20,000 nt of DNA, taken from assembly GCA_021432655.1 (NCBI GenBank), contig MU271433.1:46432-66431 (forward strand). Reading direction: 5' to 3'. The notes below the pieces were generated by a model that saw only the letters and a program-made list of their open reading frames with translations, was not told where the DNA came from and ran no database searches. Source of the stretch: Atractiella rhizophila. Lineage: Eukaryota. The position numbers were made by a program, and so were the translations under genes. This document shows positions 10,496 to 20,000 of this stretch, piece after piece (position 1 is the stretch's first letter; every line of letters starts with the position of its first letter).

Positions 10496-10829
10496 ATTGG
10501 GAGAAAGTAGGGCACGTGACCCTTTCTCTGTTATTTCGCTGTGCTGTGAACAAAAGCCCTATTAAACATTTGCTGTGTTGTCTGAGCGCTACCTAATTTA
10601 CTGTGATGCTGGGTCGATCTCAGGTTGGACTGTAACGGAAGACAGACAATAGGGTTCTTCCCGCCATTCCTCTGCTTGCGGTTCTATTACCGTCTTCTTC
10701 CTGTGAGTGTCTCGTCGCACAGAAAACTTGCTAAGTAAAGCTTACATATCACTCTAAACAAGTGTTGGTGCGAACAAAGCACCATACGCGACTTCGCTGG
10801 AGCGCGCCGCCGTGTCAACGAGTATATAA
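10496..10829. promoter_or_regulatory. Divergent ARG7/NmrA-like promoter: GTCACGTG and CCAAT on the ARG7 side, TATA box on the NmrA-like side
   Basis: GTCACGTG (minus strand, 10520-10513), CCAAT (minus strand, 10500-10496) and TATATAA (plus strand, 10823-10829), about 75 bp before ATG 10904. Confidence 0.45.
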
Positions 10830-10903
10830 GCGGGAGGATTGTGCAGTCTCCATCATCGATTAACGATTCATTATCGCAGCGTCCAAAGAACAAAAGAAAC
10901 AAG

Positions 10904-12118
10904 ATGACCTCTTCCTCGCGCCTCATAGCGATCGTAGGCATCACTGGCTCACAAGGTGGCTCTGTCTTTCGCGCCTTACAGGAGTCCTCGCTCCCGTACA
11001 GAATCAGAGGTTTCACGCGAGATACGACCAAACCCTCTAGCCAAGCACTGAGCAAACAGGGTGTGGAGATGGTACAGTTGGATATTGTGCCTGGGAAGGA
11101 GAAGGAGGTGACAGAGGCCTTTCGCGGTGCAGACGTTGTCTTTGTGAGCTTTTTCCACCTCCTATCTTGTTCAGGTGAAAGTGCTTGCTGACAATATGGA
11201 TGGAGTAGGGGATGACAAATTTCTGGGACGGTTTCTCATTGGAGAAGGTGAGTTCTCTCGCTTCCAATATCACACAGACTAAATTTGACGATTGAACTCC
11301 AGGAAATCGCACAAGGAAAGCTTATGGTAGACTCCGCCATCTCAGCCGGTGTCTCGCTCTTCATCTTCTCCGGACTCGAATCCCCAACGAAAGTGAGCAG
11401 AGGAAAGTATTCCAACAACCTCCCTCTAGAAGGGAAAGCGGCCGTCGCCGAATACGCACTCTCCAAAGCCAAAACTTCGCCTTCTTTCAAGGTGAAAATC
11501 GTCCAGCCAGGAATTTACGCACAGAACTTTCTGGGAGGAAGATTCGACCTCAAACTGGATAAAGACACCGGCAAGGTGATTTTGACCACTGACGCGGCCG
11601 AGGAAATGGTCATGCCCATCCTTGATGTCGAAGACTATGGACTTTGGGTCAGGGCTGCGATCGAGGAAGAAGAAGCGTATCCGAGCGGGAGCTCGTTGTA
11701 CACTTTCGGAGAGCAGATCGCTATAGGGGTAATGTTGAAACAATTCGGCGCATGTGCGTCTATCCCTCTTATTACATTTCTTATTACATTATAAATCAAT
11801 GAATGCTCGACAGTGCTGGGATACGAAACCGTCTTCAACCACGTAGACCCGAAAGTCGCACCATGGTACAACTTCTTTCCGGCTCACGTCCAGCCTTCTC
11901 TAAGAGAAAGGTTCGCCCAAGTCGCAGAATTCGGTTGTACGTCTCCCTCTTCTTCTTTCACTCGAGTCGATCTTATTCTTGACAACGTTCCGTTCCTTCT
12001 AGACTTTGGGAAGTGTGACACTTCTCGCACACACGATCATCTGGCTAGGAAGCCTCTGACTTGGAGGCAATATGTCGAGAAACACAAAGCGACATTTGAC
12101 GCCTTGATCAAGAAATAG
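10904..12118 (+). CDS. NmrA-like (NMRAL1/HSCARG-type) atypical short-chain dehydrogenase/reductase. Exons 10904-11143, 11209-11247, 11303-11753, 11814-11936, 12003-12118
   Basis: IAIVGITGSQGGSV dinucleotide-binding motif, IRGFTRD, AFRGADVVFGMTNFWD, EIAQGKLMVDSAISAGVSLFIFSGL and DVEDYGLWV are typical of the NmrA family. Four frame-preserving GT-AG introns. Confidence 0.92.
11768..11790. repeat. 12 bp tandem duplication within NmrA-like intron 3
   Basis: CTTATTACATTT followed directly by CTTATTACATT. Confidence 0.7.
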
Positions 12119-12818
12119 CTAAGCTCCCTGTCAAATTCCGTTACGAAATGTTTATGATCATGTCAAGAAAACTCCTCTGAATTGGCAATGCATATGAATG
12201 AAACTCGAAAGTGCTGAGCCTAGCCGATAAAGCGTCTCGTTTACGGCATTTCTCATACAATGACTAACGGTATACGAAGGGCCAGGTAGAGGCTAGATAG
12301 TTTTATGTACTATTGATTGACGCGCTCCACTCTCTATACAGACTACACACGCTCCTTTATGCTGGCACAAGCATAAGCAAGACTTATCTCATACTGACAT
12401 ACTAAAGGATAGGAAAGGTGGATAAGGCAAGATAGGATAAGGGAGAATGTTGGCGGGAGTATAGGTTGGGGGAGAAGAAAGCAAAGTAAGGGATGGTAAT
12501 ACAACAACAGCCTCAATGTATACGAAGAAAGAATCCCTCTTTCACACCTTCGACCTTCCAAACCATTGCACTGCTCCTCCTCCACTTCTAACCGCACAAA
12601 GGGAAAGAAGCAAAGAATGGACGACAGAAACAAGAGGAGGAGAGTCGAAAGCTATACCTTATGTGGCTTGAGAAAAGGACTGACAGAAATATGTTGGCAA
12701 GGAAAGGAATGAGTGGACCAAGAAGAAAGTGACGGTGGACGAAAGTCGAAGGTTATCCCGGTGGCCAGCGAGAGGAAGAAGGATCGTACCGCAGGGAGCG
12801 TTTCGTTGATCGTCGGAT

Positions 12819-13469
12819 TCACTGACAGAGTTCCATCCCCTTCTCCAGTGCCCCACGCTCCATTGCCAGCATCTGCTTGTCGATCGAGAGCGAGAAACCA
12901 GGGGAGTGGAATCCGCCGGAAGAGAGATGCTGATGCTGGAGTTGTTGAGGTTGAGGAGAAGAAGGGACGGAAGTCGGGTTCAATACTTTTTGCAACACTT
13001 CGTCCGCCTCCAGCATCTTCATCCCTCCGATCAAAACTACCTCTTCTCCTTCATGCCCTTCGTTCACGATTGGTTCTCCGTCGCATCCTCCTTCGTCGTC
13101 CGAATCTTCCAGGTCCGATCTCTTCCTCTTCATTCCACAAATCGCTCGTTTGTTGGACGGCAAAGTGGATTCGTCGGAGGAGGCGGAGGAGGAGGAGGAT
13201 ATGGATTGGAGGGAGGAGCGCTTTTCGAGGAGGATGAGTCGTTCCTGAGAGGCGAAGAAGGAGGATAGAGCAAGGAGTTCGGACGGAGGTAGAAGAGAGG
13301 AGGTCTGACAGGCAGGAGCAAGCAAGGGATCGAAATTAGTGAAACTGCGTTGTGAAGTCAACAAGGGATGGGTGGGCTCACGATGCTGGTCGTCAAAGGA
13401 GGAGACATCCTTTTTCTTTTCTTTTCGCTTTGAATTTGAACTACTATAGAGAAGAGAATGGCAGCCTAG
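12819..13469 (-). CDS. Possible exon of a hypothetical low-complexity protein (or a degenerate gene); 5' end unresolved
   Basis: Frame open from 13469 to TGA at 12821-12819, with KRKEKKK, poly-Ser, MKRKRSDLEDSDDE and a Q/H tract. An acceptor-like TTCTCTATAG/TAG lies at 13444/13441. No convincing upstream exon or family found. Confidence 0.35.
   Translation of the reverse strand, partial: LGCHSLLYSSSNSKRKEKKKDVSSFDDQHREPTHPLLTSQRSFTNFDPLLAPACQTSSLLPPSELLALSSFFASQERLILLEKRSSLQSISSSSSASSDESTLPSNKRAICGMKRKRSDLEDSDDEGGCDGEPIVNEGHEGEEVVLIGGMKMLEADEVLQKVLNPTSVPSSPQPQQLQHQHLSSGGFHSPGFSLSIDKQMLAMERGALEKGMELCQ
13176..13199. repeat. Imperfect (GGA)n microsatellite
   Basis: GGAGGAGGCGGAGGAGGAGGAGGA; encodes poly-Ser in the minus-strand frame. 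Confidence 0.7.
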
Positions 13470-14017
13470 CTAGCTAGCTCGATCGTCAAACGAGTGCCTG
13501 GTGATGTGCAAGTTGTTTGACTTTGGCAGTCAACTCGAAAGTCGTCCAGCGGGGAAATCTCAGTGAAGAGATGAACTTCTTTGGCCAGAGAGAGGATAAA
13601 GGTGGTTTAAAACGGTGTAATAGGGTCGTAGCGAGCGGAACGTAGACGAGAGGTGGGAAGTGCGTCGAGGTATTATTGAGTAAGAATTTCGACCAGAAAG
13701 ACGGCGAGCTGACTTGTCGGTCCGGCCCACCCAAACTTTCACGATATCGGCCTGACCTGAGAGCTTGGTTTGGCGTGTTGGAGTGAGCGTGAGTGGAAGG
13801 GTCCCCCCCAATCGTTGGGAGCTTTTGAGGCGAACTTGACTTGACTTGGTCGTTTTGCTGTGATGCTCCCGAAGCGACGAACAACGACACCTTGTTCTGC
13901 TGCGCACACACGGACGCAGACACACCCAGCGTTTTCAGCCTGTGCTTTGTCCTGATTAGCCAATCTTGCATCTTAGCTTAGGAGTCCGACCATCACACTT
14001 GTGCAGACTCTCCCAGC

Positions 14018-16398
14018 ATGCAGGCACCAACGATTGCCCCGTCGACGTCAGCGCCAGAGCGTCCCATGAATGCGCCATCAGCGTCCCAGTCCACCTCCGC
14101 CAGCTCCGCATGCACCACCCCTTCCGCGTCCACTTCGGGCCTCTCCAGACCAACACTCTACAATCGCCAGCGGGGCTTCTCAGAACTAGTCTTCCCGCGC
14201 CCCGAACTCCCCATCACGACCTCCAACCTCTTATCGAGCGAGAGGGAAGGCCAGAAAACGGTCAGGCTGCTCTTGGGTGGCAATTTCAAAGGTGGGAGCA
14301 GGGAGAGTGCGGAGAGCGGGTGTGGGAATGAGAAGTGGAGAATGGAACAGGTGAAGGAGGATGAAGATGTCGCTGGATCGAGATCGAGGGATGGACCCGA
14401 ACTCCTCGTTTGGGGATTCGAGCTCCGTGAGTGCCAGTCCTTCTTGTTTGGGGCAGGCAAGCGTGTTCTTGCCTAATCAGTCGCTTCGGCTTTGTTGTGC
14501 CGATTTCATGCCCTCTTTTCTTCAACATTGAGTCGCATGGAGGGTTTGATGATGCTGTATCCTCTAATTGTCTATTGAAGGCATTAATGTCCTTCACTTA
14601 CTTCCCTCGGTTAGCACTATCTCCTCTATTTCGTTCGAGATCCGTTCATTACCTGAACATCCTACGCGTCGCGTAAGACCATCCCGGTGTTGATTGAGGC
14701 TGCAGTCGATACATCAACCCAGTGACGGTTATTATTCTCGACTCCGTTTCGGTCGCTGGTATTGTCCATCACTGACCCAGTCGCATAAACGACTCACTTC
14801 GTGGGCGGCACTTTTCAGAAAGAATTGCCTATTGCCAGTGGAAAGTGACCAGCCACGTTGTTTCACTTGCTGGTCGGCGTCTGCCATTCCACCAATCAGA
14901 AGGAACACCTTTTAGATTTGGTCGGTAATTAGCAACAACCCTCGCACACCATTGGCTTGTCTACGCCGCTATCTCTAGATAGAGAAATTTCTGGGATTGA
15001 TCAGGAATCTGTACTTCCCTTCTGGCCAGCATCCCAAATCTCCATCTTTAGCATGACAGCTCCAGTTTCATTATTCACGTCACCTTCTCGCCTTGTTACT
15101 CCTCAAAGGATTGTTCCACATGTCCCACATCTGTTCACTGTGATTAAGTACGAATCAAGGAGCAAAAGTCACCCAAGTGCTTAGTCGGGCTCGTTATAGC
15201 TGTCGTCCTAACTTAACTACCCTTCATACAACTTGATGCCATCCTCTCGTCTCAACATGCATGGTCATTATACTGAACCTTGAAACTACAGCTGCCTCTC
15301 AACAAATCCTCTCCCGCACACGACTACTCTCCTTCAAGCTGCCCCTCCTTCCCGTCCTCATCATCCCACCGAGCGAGATGCACAAGAAGACCGGCGCAGC
15401 GGTCGATGCTCTCGAGTGCCAATTGAAAGCTGCAGGCATTCGCTTCGTGAAATTCGACCAGGAGAGGATACCGGTTATGGAAGAAAGTAGGGACGTCACG
15501 GAAACGTTAGAGCAGATAGTGAAGGGCGAGGTTTGGGAGGAGAAGGTGGAGAGGGTTCGGAAGGAGGGTATTCGGCTTTGGAGCGAGTGGATGGAAGTGG
15601 ATATGGCTGCTAGAGGTGTGTGGGACGATTTGGAGAGGGATGTGGACGATGGTCGGTCTTTCTGTTCTTATTCCTTTCATCGTGACGCTGAGATGCCTTG
15701 GGGAAGGTGGCGTTGCTTCTTTCCACGTTAGTCGACATGATCAAGAACGCTGGTTGGACTTTTCGAGACGAGTGGCAGAACGTCGTACCGAGCTTTTGTT
15801 AACTGGTGATGACACCCTCACACAGTCCAGGACGTTAGGCTCGACTCAAGAGAACTGGCGAGAAGTCGTCGAACGATGGAGACGAGCTGGTGGGCCTGCT
15901 CATCCCAAATCAGAAGAAGACAACTGGTCAAGTCAAGAAGAAGGCGTCGTCTCCGACCTGTCCTCTCTCACTCTAGACGAGGAGTCTGAAAAAGACAAGG
16001 AGCTGGCCTACCTCGAAGACCTCTATCTTGATCCTTTCCATTTTCCATCCCTCCTTCGTCTAGGTCTCAATATCTTCACTTCCATGCTACGAAGTTGGCG
16101 TTTCACAATGTTCGGTCGTCGTCCCCATACTTTATCACCCGACATTCGTTCCACGGTCCAATCGCTCCAATCTACCATAACGATGACCAAGGACGACGAG
16201 AAATCCTACCTTGAGCCTGACGACTCTCAACCGGACCAAAGTGCGTGCGAGGATAGACCAGCCATAAAGAAGATTTCTTTGACTGGCGCTTTTCTTGCTT
16301 GCGCAGCTGCTTATGCCATCGGATGGCTGGTCGGTAGTGGTAGTTTGGAGCGTGTGGTTAGTGCCTGCATTGGATCTAGAACTTGTCAGGGCACTTGA
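14018..16398 (+). CDS. Hypothetical protein of about 479 aa with a C-terminal transmembrane segment (putative tail anchor). Proposed exons 14018-14426, 15292-15655, 15732-16398
   Basis: Three coding-like ORFs join in frame through GTGAGT(14427)...CTACAG(15291) and GTCTTT(15656)...TTAG(15731). The junction reads ELLVWGFELPASQQILSR. C-terminal LTGAFLACAAAYAIGWLVG is hydrophobic. The exon 1 link and the second donor are inferred. Confidence 0.6.
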
Positions 16399-16743
16399 AC
16401 ACGATTTTTCTTCACGAGTTGCAAATTGTACGAACGTAAGTCGCTGTTGCTCGCTTCGGTTGTAAAGGGTTATGCGATTGTTGTATTCATCCTTGTAATT
16501 TTATCACTGACAATGCAGGATCCGTCCATGTCCATAGGAGCATCGCAGACCAACTGTTTGCACGGTTTCAGTAACTACCTAATTATATAGGAACAAGTGA
16601 TACTGAACACTACTAAACTGACTGCAAAAGTGTGGATGGAGATAAAAGAAACTCAAGAACCCGAAATTGAGTAAGTTACACGGAAGAAAAGGCCCAAAAT
16701 GAGAGTTTATGATGCAAAAAGAATAAGGAATATGCAAGAAGAG

Positions 16744-19635
16744 TTATGTTAGCGAAGAAGAAGAAGCTCGGATGATCTCGTGTCTTCGAAGCTCGTGCTT
16801 CCTTTCTTCCACCTGCTGCCAGAACTGATATCGCGGTCTATTGTACCAAATATCCTTCTCTCTTCCTTTCATGTTAGGTCCCATTTCCTCACTGGAACCG
16901 TGAAGATGGAAAGGACTAAGTTCCTTAGGAAAGCTTCCTTCGTGACGGTGATTGGTCACTTCTTTCTCGTGAACGTCTTTCAGGAGGGCGAGGAACTCGA
17001 TGGCAGAACGCTGGAACTGGAAAGTAGCGAGAATAGGGTCGAGCTGTGCCGTCCATGCTCGTTAGCTAGAACGGAAAGAGGGAGAGAAGGGGCAAAGTAC
17101 ATGACGCTCGACTAGATCCCAAACGTCGTCAGGCTCCGGACGAGGAGGTTCTTCATCTTCCTCCCACGCCACCGCAGGGTCCATTGTCTTCTGAAGAGCT
17201 ACCAAACTGGCGTCTCCATCAACAGTCTCCATATCGTCTGTAGGCTCTGGTATCTCTGCACTGACACCGAGCCACCACTCCCAGAGGTCCAGCCGCTGAC
17301 GGTCAATTTGTGTCCTGATTGTTTGTTTACTCAGCACCAGTGTAACAGGGAAGACATGCAGACCGACGCTTTGATGATCCTACTGAATCTTTGAAAGTTG
17401 AAGAATGCCACATTGTCCCTCATGACATTCTCCAAGTTCCCATGCACGTCTCCACAATCGAAATGTGAGGAATGAGCCTTGACATAAGACCAAGGCAGAA
17501 GAGGCGATCGAACATCAATGATACCTTCCCACCCCAGAAACTCCTTCTTCGCCTCCTCTTTCAGAGCAAGCTTGAAAACGGGGCTTCCGCTCTCGAACCT
17601 GCCATTGAACTCCTTGTCGCTTCTCTTCACCATCGGCTTGTACGTAGTCTGCGAACGAGGCGTCCTCTTATCCGAGAACTCGGGATTATAATGTTTCACT
17701 TCAGGCAGCAAACGCATGCGTCGAACCCAGAACCGTCGACGGACAAAAGACTTCCAAACATCTGGCTGTCCCTTCCATTTGCCCCATCGGAAGGTGACAG
17801 AATACTGCCAACCTCGCTCATCCACATTGTGGGACATGTTTACGTAGAATTTGTCGTCCAACCATTCCCATTGTGGACCAGGGAGTGCATATTTGTTTGG
17901 ATCGTACATGGTATCCCTAAGATATTGGTATCACGACTGTTACAAGTTTGAGACGGGAGAGGACTTACTGATGAGTCTCATCTGTCCATCCGTGAGGATC
18001 CCATTGGAAAAGGATGTTGCGGCTGAAGTTTGGCTGACCGAATACGAAGAGGCTTTGGACGACCGACGCATTAGCATATTACTCGAACGCATGAGGCAGA
18101 GACCTCACCCTCTCTGATTCTCTATCAATGTCACATGCCGAATCGTAGGCTGCGCGTCATGAGCAGTAGGCAGTTTGGATAGAGCAGCGACGAGTTGATC
18201 GGTAATGAGGGTCTTCTCCTGCTCCGTCTTTTTCCTGGGGACAGAAATGCTTTCTTTTCTCGCAGTCTTCTTCAAAGCAACCTTGATATCATGAAATGTC
18301 GATTTCCTGAGCGTGAGGTCGGCCGAGTAGCTCCCTTTTTTATGCCTTGATGATAAAGAATTTGTTTTACTGAGCCCTTGAGTGTTCATAGGTGGAGTAC
18401 CACGCAGTGAATCGTGTCTGCTGTGACTATGGCTGTGAGTGTGCTCTCGATCGCGTTTCGGAAACGCAAAATCCTTCCCGATGAACTGGCTCAACCTGCT
18501 CTTCTTCTTAACATCGCCTTTCCTCCCCTCCGGATCCTCGATCACCAGCTCCGCTCCCTCGGTCGCCTCCTCCTCATTATCCTCTTCGTGCAAAAGTGTA
18601 GGAAGCTTCGTCCTCGGCGTCCTGAGGGTAGCATACCTCGGCGAATCCGTGCCATCTGCATGTCCCGCACTACTATGACGGAGAGCGGCGGTGGCGGGTA
18701 AGGGAGAAGCAGCGAAAGAAACTTCTCCGCTACTCGTTCCGGCTTTGAGGAGGTCAGCGGAGAGAATAGGTTCGATCGTCAGTCGCGGAGTTTCTCGCGA
18801 TATTCGACCAGGGAAGGACGGAAGGACGGGACGAGGAGAGAGGTCGAGGAGGGAGACGGAGCTGGAAGAGGGTTGAGGGTCTGATGGGCTGCGGTGACGG
18901 ACGAGCGGCCATTTGAATTCTGGGATCGGAGGATGAGGAGAGGGTGGTGCTGATGGCCGTTGGGCGGGAGAGGCGGAAGGAGAGGCGAGAGCGGATGCGG
19001 CGGAACGTGGGGAGGAGTCCTGAGGTGATAGTGGGGGGCCATGGTCATCCGCTGAAGAGAAGGTGGATGCTATACGACTGAGGGAGAGTGAAGAAGCGCG
19101 AGGAGAAGCTACTTGAGATCCGTTTCTCGGTGATCCTCCAGGAGGGTAGAGGAAAGTGTTCTTCCGTCGAAAGGACCCTTCCAAATCTTTCAAGTTCACG
19201 CTCCCTCCCGTCGAACTCTTCTTTAACCTCTTCACCTTTTCGGTGATGGTCCCAAATTTGCTCTGCAGCTTATCCGTCATCTGCTTTCCAACGCCAACAG
19301 TGATCCCACCGTCCTCCTGTGATAAGTCAAAGAAGTCGTCCTTGACATTATGTTGTTCAGGATCATAGCTCGTAAACTTGTCATCGTCAAGTACGCGATC
19401 TGGGCCTGTGGCTTTCAGAAATATACGAAGGTACAGTGGGACGGCAGGAGGGTTGAGCTTGGCGTCGACGTCGGCTTTGATAGACGGAGAGAGCGACAAA
19501 GTGTCCCATTCCTTTTCCGTCGAACGGTCGCCGCTGGGTATGGGGCTCGATGCGCCGAACGTCCCCGGTGAGGAGGGCTGAGGAGACTGGGAGAGAGAAG
19601 GAGATTGAGAAGCTGGCGAGCCTGATGGCTCCATG
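16744..19635 (-). CDS. Dysferlin (DysF)-domain protein, Spo73/Mug65/Pex24-30-like, with a long S/P-rich N-terminus. Exons 19635-18109, 18052-17969, 17916-17368, 17314-17101, 17043-16744; start uncertain
   Basis: DysF hallmarks LIENQRG, DPHGWTD, YALPGPQWEW, VDERGWQYS and FVRRRFWVR. Four GT-AG introns keep the frame to TAA at 16746-16744. An acceptor at 19647 (branch GCTGAC) suggests an upstream intron. Confidence 0.85.
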
Positions 19636-19646
19636 AATACTGTTCC

Positions 19647-20000
19647 TGCCACAGAGTCAGCGTTACGTCTCCATATAGTGTGTGAGAAACTTGCAACAGA
19701 AAGAGCGAAGAGTGTTATGGGGTCAAGTGATTGTTAATGGCTTTATGTGTTATGGACAAGAGCGGAGGAGACTGCAAAGCGAAAGATGTTGATGGCTGGA
19801 GAAGAAAGAGTCATGCAAGGAGTCTTGAACTTTAGTGACTGTGCTCAATAAACTCACAAGAGAACATTGGAGTATTCAAGGAATGTTGCATATTCAAATA
19901 GGCTCTGAGGCTTTCGAGTTGAGACCGAAGACGAGTTGGTGCGCAGAAAGACTCACCATCGCCATAACACACCTGGCGCCCTTCGGTGGTCATTGAGAAG
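19647..20000 (-). other. Spliced minus-strand sequence: either the intron-containing 5' leader of the DysF gene or the 3' end of an upstream gene
   Basis: Consensus GTGAGT donors at 19956 and 19857 with YAG acceptors at about 19905 and 19796, giving intron lengths typical of this window. Confidence 0.35.

Noticed and set aside
12383..12445. Cluster of GATA/GATAAG motifs near the NmrA-like gene
   Set aside because: Lies downstream of the gene in a purine-rich low-complexity stretch, with no clear gene start nearby.
13466..13849. Short tandem repeats (CTAG)3 at about 13466-13477 and (ACTTG)3 at about 13834-13848
   Set aside because: Ordinary microsatellites with no spacers, terminal repeats or transposase, so neither CRISPR nor a mobile element.
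14752..14820. Minus-strand TGATGGACAATACCAGCGA resembling the 3' half of a fungal TPP riboswitch
   Set aside because: The P5 stem is imperfect, there is no CTGAGA motif (only CTGAAA at the wrong spacing), it is antisense to the proposed host gene, and no thiamine gene is nearby. A cmscan with the Rfam TPP model would settle it.

Overview
Gene-dense, intron-rich eukaryotic DNA, most consistent with a basidiomycete fungus (mostly 50-75 nt GT-AG introns). Manual splicing of the ORF fragments gives: the 3' part of a zinc-dependent cinnamyl-alcohol/ADH6-type dehydrogenase (+), an intronless 230 aa hypothetical protein (-), a Nit2/Nit1-type nitrilase-family amidase (+), an Avo2-like ankyrin protein (+), prephenate dehydrogenase TYR1 (+), ornithine acetyltransferase ARG7/ArgJ (-), an NmrA-like protein (+), an unresolved ORF at 12.8-13.5 kb (-), a putative tail-anchored protein (+) and a DysF/Spo73-like protein (-). 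No mobile element, tRNA, rRNA or CRISPR array is evident. The main leads are two unusually long introns (a 291 nt structured intron in AVO2 and an inferred 865 nt intron at 14427-15291), TYR1/ARG7 stop codons only 16 bp apart, and a cluster of ACGCGT (MCB) elements upstream of the orphan gene. Homology calls come from recalled family motifs; no searches were run.
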